Of a stretch of 61,562 nt of DNA, positions 47,695-56,564 are shown in pieces. Where the stretch lies: the IMG/VR virus record IMGVR_UViG_3300008119_000566, positions 1-61,562 of that record. One strand, given 5' to 3'. The stretch comes from a virus (lineage: Duplodnaviria; Caudoviricetes). The notes beneath the pieces are model-generated. The model searched no databases. It saw only the letters and a list, made by a program, of their open reading frames with translations, and had not been told where the DNA came from. Position numbers and translations under genes: made by a program. The first letter of the stretch is position 1. The number at the start of each line of letters is the position of its first letter.

Positions 47695-48335
47695 TTCATA
47701 ATCCATGTATCTGGTATTTGATCGTATTCTTTAACCCACATGTCATGTAGCTTTTTTCCGCTTATGCCATGTGACTTAGCAATACGTGTCATTATATCAT
47801 CAATAATATCATATACATCGTCTTCGCTGGCATTTTGTAAGGTTGTCTTCTTAGCTAGCAACGCAGATTTGAGTTCTGGAACTGCTTGATTGTCCTTTGC
47901 ATGATCCATATTCTCTATAATCATGTCTACCATTTCTTCAACACTTTCACAGTTCCAACGTCTTAGTGCTTTGGCTTTAGGTGTTGGGCGGCCTTTTTCA
48001 TCCTTCATTGGACCTTTGTTACCACTCATCCTAGCACAGAAACTCTTGCGTCGCTTGGCTGCTTTACTGCCAGGTTTTAATTTACTGGGTTTAGTAGTAA
48101 CCGCTGTTTGTAACTTGCTACCAGGATTTTCTCGTCGATAGGCTTTGACAGCTTTGCGACTCAATCCATCAGTCTTATCTTGACGATTGGCTTTGTTCCA
48201 GTCTTCGTCGATACTTTCATCGTGCTTCTTCCCAGCACAATGGGCCTTTTGGCTGAACCCTTTAGGGTTGCTACAGTTGATACTCTTTTTGTATTTTTGA
48301 GTCCACTGTTCGGTAATAAATTCTTTTGCTCGCAT
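47691..48335 (-). CDS. Mosaic basic hypothetical protein, probable internal virion protein
   Basis: MRAKEFITE; modules KSINCSNPKGFSQKAHC and RRKSFCARM...ALRRWNC. Confidence 0.65.
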   Translation of the reverse strand: MRAKEFITEQWTQKYKKSINCSNPKGFSQKAHCAGKKHDESIDEDWNKANRQDKTDGLSRKAVKAYRRENPGSKLQTAVTTKPSKLKPGSKAAKRRKSFCARMSGNKGPMKDEKGRPTPKAKALRRWNCESVEEMVDMIIENMDHAKDNQAVPELKSALLAKKTTLQNASEDDVYDIIDDIMTRIAKSHGISGKKLHDMWVKEYDQIPDTWIMK

Positions 48336-48342
48336 CTAGTAT

Positions 48343-49176
48343 TTAACTTTTTTCGTAATCTAACCATTCGTAAACATTAAGCCATTTGCGTGTACCCACT
48401 GTTTCCTTTAAATGATGCAAATCTGCACAGGTTTTGTTGCGCATACGGGTCTGTTCTGCAAACGGTACTGGTTCTGTTTCTAGGGGAACACCCTCTTGTT
48501 CTGCAATATATTCAGCTATGTCCAGAAACGAGTGCGGTAGGCCGGATCCCACGTTCCAGATACCACTGCCCTTTACAGTATTAATAAAGTCTAATTGCAG
48601 TTGACAGATGTCACCTACCCATGTCCAGTCACGCTTGATTAGCTCTGCGTTGTCCCACACAGTAACTTTACCTTCCTTCTTAGCCTGTTGTCGCCATTTG
48701 TAGATAGCATTGGCTCGCTTGCCTCTGAGGTGCATCCACTTGCCGTAGACATTGAAATAGCGAAAGCCTTGTACAAATGCCTTATGGTCTGGTTGTTGAA
48801 ATACCCAACGGTCAAATAGATACTTGCTCCATGCGTAGGGTGTTTGAGGTTTGCATGCCGCTGTTTCCTCAAAGTCTTTAGTGTTACCATACACACTACT
48901 TGAACTGGCATACTGTAAATTAACTGCGTGTTTTTGACATTCACCAAAAAGCCAGCAACTGAAATCAAAATTCTTCTGCATTATGAGGTCAACGTCAGTT
49001 TCGCTCATATCGGCAATTGCACCTAAATGGATAACCCAATCGTACTGCTTAACATCAGGACGCTCTTTTGGATCCCACTCGTATCCGTCAACTTGCCAAT
49101 CTGGTTGTTTGCTCAAAAACGAAGTCATATTCCTACCAATAAACCCTTGGTGGCCTGTTACTAGTATTTTCATCAT
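48343..49176 (-). CDS. rfaD: ADP-L-glycero-D-manno-heptose 6-epimerase-like SDR
   Basis: ILVTGHQGFIG, YASSSSVYG, YAWSK, GFRYFNVYG, RDWTWVGD. Confidence 0.75.
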   Translation of the reverse strand: MMKILVTGHQGFIGRNMTSFLSKQPDWQVDGYEWDPKERPDVKQYDWVIHLGAIADMSETDVDLIMQKNFDFSCWLFGECQKHAVNLQYASSSSVYGNTKDFEETAACKPQTPYAWSKYLFDRWVFQQPDHKAFVQGFRYFNVYGKWMHLRGKRANAIYKWRQQAKKEGKVTVWDNAELIKRDWTWVGDICQLQLDFINTVKGSGIWNVGSGLPHSFLDIAEYIAEQEGVPLETEPVPFAEQTRMRNKTCADLHHLKETVGTRKWLNVYEWLDYEKS

Positions 49177-49204
49177 AACTCCTTTTGATATTTATTGATA
49201 GGTG

Positions 49205-49233
49205 TTGACAAGTAGAAAATTATAGCATATAAT
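49205..49233 (+). promoter_or_regulatory. Sigma70 consensus promoter for a leaderless transcript
   Basis: TTGACA-17-TATAAT, 6 nt before ATG. Confidence 0.8.
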
Positions 49234-49239
49234 AGCAAC

Positions 49240-49710
49240 ATGAACAAATATGATGACTTCCCAGAACATCCTCGCATTATGACCAATGCTGAGGGAGAGC
49301 TATATTTTAATAATATGCTTGCTCAAATTGCAGCGTTCAAACCTGATGAGATAGTAGCAGTCAATCGCAGTGGCTTTAGTTACGCCATGTGGGTGGCTCA
49401 AATACTCAAACTACCACTAGGCGCATACTGGCCCAAAGATGGTAAATTGGTTGCACAAGATACTAGTAAACGACTAGTGTTTGTTGATGACAATATCCTA
49501 CAAGGCACAACTTTTTTGGACACTAAAAAGTTTATGGATGGTTATCAACATGAATGGCGGTGGGCTGTACTGTTTAGTGATTGGCACACTCCACAAGAAG
49601 TGCGTAACCAAATTATACAAGGCACACGCTTATCTTACTTTGCTGAAGAACCAATGTGGGGTAGTCGAAAAGTCAGTGCAGATTATGGAGTGAGGTATCG
49701 AGATGAGTAA
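49240..49710 (+). CDS. Type I phosphoribosyltransferase-like protein
   Basis: VAVNRSG; LVFVDDNILQGTT PRPP loop. Confidence 0.75.
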   Translation: MNKYDDFPEHPRIMTNAEGELYFNNMLAQIAAFKPDEIVAVNRSGFSYAMWVAQILKLPLGAYWPKDGKLVAQDTSKRLVFVDDNILQGTTFLDTKKFMDGYQHEWRWAVLFSDWHTPQEVRNQIIQGTRLSYFAEEPMWGSRKVSADYGVRYRDE

Positions 49711-50098
49711 AATTGCTTTTGATTTAGATGGTGTGTTCGTCCCTGACTGCCTCAACATTCCCAGTGTTGGTGGGCTTACTGAATTTTATGCACTGACATA
49801 TTACATGAAGCCTGTGTTTAGGCCAGGCGGCGATTGGAGTATTATCACTGCTCGAAATGTCAAGTATCGAGCACAAACGATGGCTTGGATTGATGAACAT
49901 TTTGAAAACAAACCAGTTAGGGTTTGGCATGAATTAGTTGATCAAACTCCTGAACAATACAAAGCAGAAGTTATTAACCAAAATGGTATTGAGATTTATA
50001 TTGAGAGTGATATGAACATTGTGCAATATTTGATGGACAATACTCAAGCTCAAGTTATCCATTTTGATATGATTTGTCGCCAAAACTTTGCAATTTAG
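49703..50098 (+). CDS. HAD-family phosphatase
   Basis: IAFDLDGV, ITAR, K, YIESD. Confidence 0.75.
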   Translation: MSKIAFDLDGVFVPDCLNIPSVGGLTEFYALTYYMKPVFRPGGDWSIITARNVKYRAQTMAWIDEHFENKPVRVWHELVDQTPEQYKAEVINQNGIEIYIESDMNIVQYLMDNTQAQVIHFDMICRQNFAI

Positions 50099-50099
50099 C

Positions 50100-50128
50100 T
50101 TGACTTAATCTGCATTTGAAGCTATAAT
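50100..50128 (+). promoter_or_regulatory. Sigma70-type early promoter
   Basis: TTGACT-17-TATAAT heading the small-ORF array. Confidence 0.75.
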
Positions 50129-50159
50129 TATGTTATCGTAATTACACAGAGAGATTCAA

Positions 50160-50372
50160 ATGCGGACTTGTTTGTTACTTGTAGCGGTTTTGGTTACCGG
50201 TTGTAGTGCATATCGCCCGCTGTGTCCTGGCACACGCCACTATGATCCGCAAGTTTGTCGCGGTGAATCTTTCCAACGTCTAAACAATTTCAAAAACGAA
50301 GCATTACAACGTGAAGCCAAATGTGATGCCAACATACAACCTGAAATCAATTGTGTTTGGGGTCGTCCATGA
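50160..50372 (+). CDS. Small lipoprotein
   Basis: VTGC lipobox. Confidence 0.6.
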   Translation: MRTCLLLVAVLVTGCSAYRPLCPGTRHYDPQVCRGESFQRLNNFKNEALQREAKCDANIQPEINCVWGRP

Positions 50373-50716
50373 AGATAAAAATCCGTAATACAATGTGGGA
50401 TAGGCGCAGTGCCTACTTCTTTGAGATTAAACAGTTTAATGAATATGATGGCGACGAAGTCAAAGTCAAATGGTGCAAGCCTGAAGAGATTGCAATCAGT
50501 ACAGACAATCCTGAATTCCCCTTCCGTATTTTACAACGTGCTAACATTGTAGAGATTGATGGACTACCATACGCATATGATGTTAAGCCTAAGGTAGACA
50601 AAGTTCGACTAGTACAAGGTAGCAACGGCAAAGTGTATGAAGTAACTTCTCATAGTTGTACTTGCCCCGGATTTACCTTTAGAGGTACTTGTAAGCATAT
50701 AGGAGAAAAGTTATGA
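50369..50716 (+). CDS. SWIM zinc-finger protein
   Basis: YEV...SCTCPGF..RG.CKH. Confidence 0.75.
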   Translation: MKIKIRNTMWDRRSAYFFEIKQFNEYDGDEVKVKWCKPEEIAISTDNPEFPFRILQRANIVEIDGLPYAYDVKPKVDKVRLVQGSNGKVYEVTSHSCTCPGFTFRGTCKHIGEKL

Positions 50717-50910
50717 CTCTCGAAGACTTACAATACATCTTTGAATATCAAATTGAAGAAGGCACAGAAAAACTGTACTTTATGCTGACTGATGGCAACG
50801 GTCATCCCGTGATACAACGACATCCTGCTGACGATTTGGCTGGCCTATTGCTCATGCTGGACTCGTTTCAATACACAGGACACAATGTCATGCCGAGGTT
50901 CGCCAAATGA
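50713..50910 (+). CDS. Hypothetical protein
   Basis: ATGA-coupled ORF. Confidence 0.6.
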   Translation: MTLEDLQYIFEYQIEEGTEKLYFMLTDGNGHPVIQRHPADDLAGLLLMLDSFQYTGHNVMPRFAK

Positions 50911-51155
50911 ACAAACCTTTCTACATCACATACAAACTGGTTGAAGAGATGCTACAAAAGCACGATGTCCACTGTGTGTTTGAACTGGATGCACCCGTGC
51001 AGATCTTTACCAGGCTGATGTCATCAGAGTTCTACACCACGCAGGATGTCCGCGGTCGTGAGGCTGAGTTTAGAGGGTGCTGGGCACTGAGCGAGATCTA
51101 CTGTCCACATGAAGGTATTGACCGTCGTAGTGAATATGGAATGGAGATTGTATGA
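50907..51155 (+). CDS. Hypothetical protein
   Basis: ATGA-coupled ORF. Confidence 0.6.
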   Translation: MNKPFYITYKLVEEMLQKHDVHCVFELDAPVQIFTRLMSSEFYTTQDVRGREAEFRGCWALSEIYCPHEGIDRRSEYGMEIV

Positions 51156-51391
51156 ACGAACGAATTAAAGAACTTGAAAAACAATGTTGGCAATCCAGCC
51201 AGTCTGAGCCTTATGCCTTGTTTGATGTTAACAAGTTCGCCGAGTTGATTGTGAGAGAATGTGCCAAGTATATCAATGAACGCAGTCAAGACTGGGACGC
51301 TGATTTGCGGTGGATCTTCAATGACGGTTCTGGTGATATGGCAGTCAATGTTGACGAATTATTAAATAGACATTTTGGAGTTGAAGAATGA
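51152..51391 (+). CDS. Hypothetical protein, MNERI family paralog 1
   Basis: MNERIKEL..KFAELIVREC..HFGVEE. Confidence 0.7.
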   Translation: MNERIKELEKQCWQSSQSEPYALFDVNKFAELIVRECAKYINERSQDWDADLRWIFNDGSGDMAVNVDELLNRHFGVEE

Positions 51392-51633
51392 ACGAACGAA
51401 TTCGAGAACTGGCTGATGAGGCTGAAGCACAGTATTGTGATCTAGGCGATGCCAGTTGTTTCAAAAGACTAGGATTAGTTGAAGCAGTAGTTTTCAAACC
51501 AGAAGATTTAGAAAAGTTCGCCGAGTTGATTGTAGAGGAGTGTGCAGGCATCATAGAATCACAGGATGTGGACCCTTCATTCAAACTCAGAATGAGTTGG
51601 GCAGTCAAAGAATATTTCGGAGTTGAAGAATAA
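51388..51633 (+). CDS. Hypothetical protein, MNERI family paralog 2
   Basis: MNERIREL..KFAELIVEEC..YFGVEE. Confidence 0.7.
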   Translation: MNERIRELADEAEAQYCDLGDASCFKRLGLVEAVVFKPEDLEKFAELIVEECAGIIESQDVDPSFKLRMSWAVKEYFGVEE

Positions 51634-51809
51634 TGGAACCAAAATATCTATATACAATCAAGTGGACACAACCCTACGCAACAGATTGGCAGCGGCCATA
51701 CCTACGCGGATTGCAAAAACAGATGGAACAAGTAATTGAAAACATCTTAGAGCAAAGTGACTACAGCGAGGCAAAAGAAGTAATTGATCGAATCAGACAG
51801 CGAATTTAA
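51633..51809 (+). CDS. Small hypothetical protein (58 aa)
   Basis: Read manually: MEPKYLYTIKWTQPY...; TAATG coupling. Confidence 0.55.
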   Translation: MEPKYLYTIKWTQPYATDWQRPYLRGLQKQMEQVIENILEQSDYSEAKEVIDRIRQRI

Positions 51810-52041
51810 TACAAAAAAACTAGTAACAGAATACTTGGATAGATTTCCTCATGTACACAGAATACATAAGCAGTCAATCTTTCATGGTAAAATTAAAGAC
51901 TGGTGTGAGAAGAATTTTAACAGCGAATTTAAAGATTGGTTTTGGTTCCCAGGTGGTCGTTACGATGACCACTCCAATCTACACATTAGGCATGACAAAT
52001 GGAACACCTTGTTTATTTTAAGGTGGGGTGATAAAATATGA
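51784..52041 (+). CDS. Small protein, F-x-L-[RK]-W family
   Basis: WC...W...TLFILRW. Confidence 0.65.
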   Translation: MIESDSEFNTKKLVTEYLDRFPHVHRIHKQSIFHGKIKDWCEKNFNSEFKDWFWFPGGRYDDHSNLHIRHDKWNTLFILRWGDKI

Positions 52042-52238
52042 AAATGGAAAGAGTTGAAGTGGGCATGTTTAAATTGCCAGGTGTAGTTCTTGACAAAGAA
52101 GAAATGACCGAAGAGAAACTGCATGAGATGGATGAATGGAGACTGACCGAACAAGGAGTTGGCACACGCATGACTGATTTACTATGGAGTTTTCGTAACG
52201 AAAGTCAAAGGGACTGGTTTATTCTTAAGTGGTCATGA
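52038..52238 (+). CDS. Small protein, F-x-L-[RK]-W family
   Basis: RDWFILKWS. Confidence 0.65.
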   Translation: MKMERVEVGMFKLPGVVLDKEEMTEEKLHEMDEWRLTEQGVGTRMTDLLWSFRNESQRDWFILKWS

Positions 52239-52453
52239 TAAAGGTTATAATCAAACATCGCAGTGCCAATGAAATATTAGATATAGTTCACGAGCTAAGG
52301 GCTCAAGGACTTGTACAAGGCACTGACTTTGATTTTGCCTATAACAAAGCACAATACGATAACTTCAGTTACGAACCAGCAGTAGAACAACATACAGTAT
52401 TTTCCTTTCATACTGAAAAGTATGCAACACTATTTGCCTTGAGGTACACATGA
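52235..52453 (+). CDS. Small protein, F-x-L-[RK]-W family
   Basis: ATLFALRY. Confidence 0.65.
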   Translation: MIKVIIKHRSANEILDIVHELRAQGLVQGTDFDFAYNKAQYDNFSYEPAVEQHTVFSFHTEKYATLFALRYT

Positions 52454-52692
52454 CAGTGTTAGAAGGTAATAAACGACATAGATTGGAACATTGGCATCGA
52501 TTACGTCTTGCCAAAGAAGATTACTATGGAATTTATGATAGACTGACTGAAACAACTCCAGAGTTTTACCAACACTTGAAAAAACAATATGGAATCAAAT
52601 TGGATTTTGATAATAGCGGAAACATAACTGACACATATCAAATTATTGATGAAAAGAAGTACATGCTTTTTATTTTAAAATATCCAAAATAA
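52450..52692 (+). CDS. Small protein, F-x-L-[RK]-W family
   Basis: DEKKYMLFILKY. Confidence 0.65.
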   Translation: MTVLEGNKRHRLEHWHRLRLAKEDYYGIYDRLTETTPEFYQHLKKQYGIKLDFDNSGNITDTYQIIDEKKYMLFILKYPK

Positions 52693-52708
52693 CACAAGGA
52701 TTGAGAAA

Positions 52709-52945
52709 ATGACTATTTTTATACCTGTGCTGTTTATTTGCCTTAACGGCAATTGCGAGTTCATGCAGGGCAAAACACACTACAAAAATGAAGCTCAATG
52801 TGTAGCCAGTTTGGACATGCAAAAACAGCACATGCGAAATTTGGTTAAAGAAGCAGAGAAACAAGGTACCAAAGGTGAAATTACCATTTTGGAAGGTACT
52901 TGTATTGATGCCGAAATCAAAATAACCCAGGGCAGAACAACATGA
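52709..52945 (+). CDS. Small Cys-containing hypothetical protein
   Basis: ICLNGNC...C...C. Confidence 0.6.
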   Translation: MTIFIPVLFICLNGNCEFMQGKTHYKNEAQCVASLDMQKQHMRNLVKEAEKQGTKGEITILEGTCIDAEIKITQGRTT

Positions 52946-53451
52946 ATATATTTTTAGACATGGATGACGTGGTAGCCGCTTGGCAAGAACGAGCACAGGA
53001 GATACTGAAGCTACGTGTTAACAAAGACAGTGATCGTATACCACAAGCGGAATGGGACAAGCTCAAAGAGGACATGCGCTTTTATAGAGACTTGCCCGTA
53101 ATGGAGGGCGCACATGAACTGGTAGCTATGTGCAAGCAGTACATTGCCCGAAATCCTCAATACACACTACGATTTCTTACAGCATTGCCGCATGATTACT
53201 CCATGCCATTGGCCGTTTACGATAAGGTACATTGGGGAGATCAACACTTCCCAGGTATACCGGTTACCATTGGACCATTCAGTTATGACAAGTGGCGGCA
53301 TTGTAAAAATGCAGGCGACATATTGATCGATGACCGTTTGAGCAACTGTGAGGAATGGGAAGCTCGAGGTGGCATTGCACACAGATATACCACTTGGGAG
53401 GCATGTAAGCCATGGCTAGAACAAACACTAAACCCAATGCCCAAGTTGTAA
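52942..53451 (+). CDS. 5'(3')-deoxyribonucleotidase-like HAD
   Basis: IFLDMDDV, FLTA, K, ILIDDR. Confidence 0.82.
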   Translation: MNIFLDMDDVVAAWQERAQEILKLRVNKDSDRIPQAEWDKLKEDMRFYRDLPVMEGAHELVAMCKQYIARNPQYTLRFLTALPHDYSMPLAVYDKVHWGDQHFPGIPVTIGPFSYDKWRHCKNAGDILIDDRLSNCEEWEARGGIAHRYTTWEACKPWLEQTLNPMPKL

Positions 53452-53747
53452 TTGCACACGGTAGACAGATGGGTAAATCACACGTTGCCGATATACTCAA
53501 ATCTTTCTACGACAGAATGGGATTAAGGCCTAAAATCAAATGGCAACGTTTGCCAGGACTCAAACTACAAGCCTATACAGATGAAATATCTGCCCGTGGA
53601 TATGAACGTGGAATCAACGAGTCAGATATGGATCCTGTACAAGAGTGGTCAGACAACTGTCAATGTGGCACACGTATGAGCTTTAATGTTTGGCAGTTTG
53701 AAAACGAAAAACAAATTACTATGTTTTTAATTAGGTGGTCAGAATGA
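53412..53747 (+). CDS. Small protein, F-x-L-[RK]-W family
   Basis: ITMFLIRWS. Confidence 0.6.
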   Translation: MARTNTKPNAQVVIAHGRQMGKSHVADILKSFYDRMGLRPKIKWQRLPGLKLQAYTDEISARGYERGINESDMDPVQEWSDNCQCGTRMSFNVWQFENEKQITMFLIRWSE

Positions 53748-54031
53748 ATGATTCATTAGAAGAGTATTATGCTGTGGCTGCACAAGCTATGGCTAAGGAT
53801 ATTGATCGAGAAGTGTTATGGAGTATGCTATCTGAGATTGGGTGGACTAGAGTTATACTCAGTAGCGATGTGGCTAGGAATAATGCTGATAATATAGTAC
53901 AATGGCTTGAAGCAAACTGCAAACACGCTTACGAAAAAGCAACAACTGACTTTTTGTTTGAGAACAAACAAGATGCAAATTGGTTTATACTGAAATGGCT
54001 TACCCCTAATGGCACTTCCACACAATATTGA
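53744..54031 (+). CDS. Small protein, F-x-L-[RK]-W family
   Basis: DANWFILKW. Confidence 0.65.
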   Translation: MNDSLEEYYAVAAQAMAKDIDREVLWSMLSEIGWTRVILSSDVARNNADNIVQWLEANCKHAYEKATTDFLFENKQDANWFILKWLTPNGTSTQY

Positions 54032-54206
54032 AATAGATCACGAGTATTCTGTCATCGATGTTGATGGTAGTGCAGAGACTCTTAACAACGCTGTTGCTTG
54101 GTGTCATGATCGGTTTGGTCCATCAGGACATAGATGGTTCTATACATTTAAACGATTTTATTTTAGAGAAGAAAAAGATTCTCTTTGGTTTGAATTGAGG
54201 TGGTAA
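54009..54206 (+). CDS. Small protein, F-x-L-[RK]-W family
   Basis: WC..RFGP...W....FYFREEKDSLWFELRW. Confidence 0.65.
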   Translation: MALPHNIEIDHEYSVIDVDGSAETLNNAVAWCHDRFGPSGHRWFYTFKRFYFREEKDSLWFELRW

Positions 54207-54578
54207 ATGATTAAAGGATTAACAGGTGCATTAGGTGTGACAATTGCTGGAGGCAGTACTACCATGCCTTATGTCCCACAAAACTCTAGTAACCCTATCC
54301 AAGGTATGATACGGGTTAACAATCAAGACTTAGAAGTGTTTACTGGCAGTAGTTGGCAAATCATGTCCACCAGTTATGCTAGTGTGGGATTAGATCAAGA
54401 TGTATTGGATGTTATACAATGGGCACGTAAACAACGTGACAAACAATTAGATAGAGAACGTCGTATACAAAACAATCCAGCACTGAAGAAAGCATACGAA
54501 GCAATTGAACGTGCTGAAGCAAATTATGAAATACTAGACAAAATAGTAGGCGAAGATGGCAATCACATCCCGGCGTGA
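54207..54578 (+). CDS. Hypothetical protein
   Basis: ORF; NPALKKAYE motif. Confidence 0.65.
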   Translation: MIKGLTGALGVTIAGGSTTMPYVPQNSSNPIQGMIRVNNQDLEVFTGSSWQIMSTSYASVGLDQDVLDVIQWARKQRDKQLDRERRIQNNPALKKAYEAIERAEANYEILDKIVGEDGNHIPA

Positions 54579-54915
54579 CAAGAGCTATTTGGGCAAAGAG
54601 CCTGATAAAGTATCTCACGACTACATGTTAGTCAAAGATCGAGTTGAACGTGTGCATACTGTTTTGGTACACAAGTTTAGAGTAGGGGATTCTGAAGATC
54701 CTGATCTATATGCCGCACAGCCACTTTGGGAATGGCAAGAAAGTGAAATTGGTAAATGGGTAATGACTCATGCTGTTGAGCCACCAACTTGGCACAGACA
54801 GGCACACAACTATTTGCTATGGGGTTACGAATACGCTATCACTGCTAGACTAATGGGCAAAGATTATACATATTGGATGCTCAAATACGACAAACTTCTT
54901 GACAACATTAACTAA
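54556..54915 (+). CDS. Hypothetical protein
   Basis: F.VGD.EDPDLYAAQPLWEW. Confidence 0.65.
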   Translation: MAITSRRDKSYLGKEPDKVSHDYMLVKDRVERVHTVLVHKFRVGDSEDPDLYAAQPLWEWQESEIGKWVMTHAVEPPTWHRQAHNYLLWGYEYAITARLMGKDYTYWMLKYDKLLDNIN

Positions 54916-54933
54916 ATCACGTATAATATACAC

Positions 54934-55185
54934 ATGGAAAACATTAATCTTAATCAATACCTCATCGATCTCAAGTGCCAAATCCTTGACATCCTCCATA
55001 GCCACAAACTCCAAGGACAAGTTGAAGTTCCTGTAAGGATCTTACTTGAAGAATTGGGCATGGATGAAATGACCAATGCTACCGGTCTTGATCCAGATGA
55101 CACTATTGAGCTAACCAGCACATCACTTGCCAACGTCGAAGCCGCAAAGGCCAAGATCCGATCAACAAACTTTAACCTTCAGTAA
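54934..55185 (+). CDS. Hypothetical protein (leaderless)
   Basis: TTGACA-17-TATAAT at 54899-54927, 6 nt before ATG. Confidence 0.65.
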   Translation: MENINLNQYLIDLKCQILDILHSHKLQGQVEVPVRILLEELGMDEMTNATGLDPDDTIELTSTSLANVEAAKAKIRSTNFNLQ

Positions 55186-55193
55186 CAAACAAT

Positions 55194-55270
55194 CTGCCCG
55201 TAGCTCAACTGGATAGAGCAACAGCCTTCTAAGCTGTAGGTCGGGGGTTCGAGTCCCTCCGGGCAGGCCA
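55194..55270 (+). tRNA. tRNA-Arg (anticodon TCT)
   Basis: CTGCCCG/CGGGCAG acceptor stem, D arm, ACAGC-CTTCTAA-GCTGT anticodon arm, TTCGAGT T loop, encoded CCA. Confidence 0.95.
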
Positions 55271-55284
55271 CTATTAGGATTGCT

Positions 55285-55758
55285 ATGGAAACAATTTTCT
55301 ATATCAAAAAAGGACGTAAGTACATTCCGCACAGCACATACAGTTCAGAGTTCTGCGATAGTTTTCCCAAAGGTACACATCTGGTAGATGTCTATCCAGG
55401 CGGGGCCAGTCGTAGGTTTAATGTTGATCCTGCGTATGCTCCTATGATTGCAGCCGGTCGTGTGGCAGAAGATGCAATTAGTAAAAGTATTATGGAAGCC
55501 AGTGCCTTACGTGTTCCTGAGCGTGACAAACCCCTAACACCTGCACAGTTAGAAGCATGGAAGGCTCTTGCTGAATCATTTGGAACTGAACGTTATGCAT
55601 TAGAGTGGTGCAGTTATAGGGAAGCGGCTGAAGCTGGTGTTAAGGCTATGCAAGCAGAAGCGGATAAATTATTAGAGAACCCAATTGTGCGTAGAGCATA
55701 TGAAAGGTTTTTATTGGTAGCAGAACTGGCAAAGGATCATAATGAAAGAACTGATTAA
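55285..55758 (+). CDS. Hypothetical protein
   Basis: ORF with AGGA SD. Confidence 0.7.
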   Translation: METIFYIKKGRKYIPHSTYSSEFCDSFPKGTHLVDVYPGGASRRFNVDPAYAPMIAAGRVAEDAISKSIMEASALRVPERDKPLTPAQLEAWKALAESFGTERYALEWCSYREAAEAGVKAMQAEADKLLENPIVRRAYERFLLVAELAKDHNERTD

Positions 55759-56002
55759 TTTTGTTAAATGGCAGTGGAGTAAATGGGAGTTTTGGCAAAA
55801 GACTTTTATCTTTAGTGCCGCATTCTTTGGAGCAGGTGTAACTGCACCTTCTCCCTATTCAACTTACTTGCTTATGATTCCTGCTTGTGTAGTTTTCTTT
55901 TGGATGACTAAATGGTGTATATGGGATGGTACCCGTACTGCTTGGCTCAACTACAAGAAAGAAAAAGCAAATTTGTTTAACACTATTAAGGATGGAAAGT
56001 AA
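55742..56002 (+). CDS. Two-TM membrane protein
   Basis: Hydrophobic helices. Confidence 0.65.
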   Translation: MKELINFVKWQWSKWEFWQKTFIFSAAFFGAGVTAPSPYSTYLLMIPACVVFFWMTKWCIWDGTRTAWLNYKKEKANLFNTIKDGK

Positions 56003-56003
56003 T

Positions 56004-56183
56004 ATGAATCAGGTAACAATTGGATCTCGCTGGTCAGGTGGAGAGAGAATTGAATTTACAGTAAGAGATGTTGTAGTTGAGAATGGCGAGACATGGATTC
56101 ATTATGGTCGTCACGCACAGGACACAACCTACAGTTGTTTGATTGATGCATTCTTGCATCGCTTTACACAAATTCTAAATTAA
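56004..56183 (+). CDS. Hypothetical protein
   Basis: GSRW...F.V....W..Y....YSC...AF..RF. Confidence 0.6.
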   Translation: MNQVTIGSRWSGGERIEFTVRDVVVENGETWIHYGRHAQDTTYSCLIDAFLHRFTQILN

Positions 56184-56192
56184 GGAGCTATC

Positions 56193-56564
56193 ATGGACTT
56201 ATTTGACGTTGCCCTTGTTGCTATTGTAGCATTTACCATTGGATCCGTATACGGCGGGTTCAGACAGAACATGCGATTTATTCAAAAAGTCAGTACGGAC
56301 CCGCAACATATGATTGACCTATTGACCAAACTCAAAGTGGAGTTGGAACGTATCAAAGAAGCGGAAGATGCTGGTGCTGACGAAGATGCAATTGAATTGA
56401 GATTTGAACAGCACAACGGAATTTATTTTTGCTATCGTAAAGACAACGAACAGTTTATGGGTCAAGGTAATGATATTGAGACTTTGATTAAACAAGTCAA
56501 TGACCGTACTGGTTTGAATGTTTGGGCAAGGAAGCCTGAGCAATCTAACCAAACGGCTTGCTAA
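56193..56564 (+). CDS. Hypothetical protein with N-terminal TM
   Basis: AAGGAG SD; FMGQG motif. Confidence 0.65.
   Translation: MDLFDVALVAIVAFTIGSVYGGFRQNMRFIQKVSTDPQHMIDLLTKLKVELERIKEAEDAGADEDAIELRFEQHNGIYFCYRKDNEQFMGQGNDIETLIKQVNDRTGLNVWARKPEQSNQTAC

Noticed and set aside
12007-50150. ACACACAG-like motif in several leaders (near 12010, 18372, 35151, 36133, 50144)
   Set aside because: Too short and variably positioned to distinguish from unstructured A/C-rich leader bias without statistics
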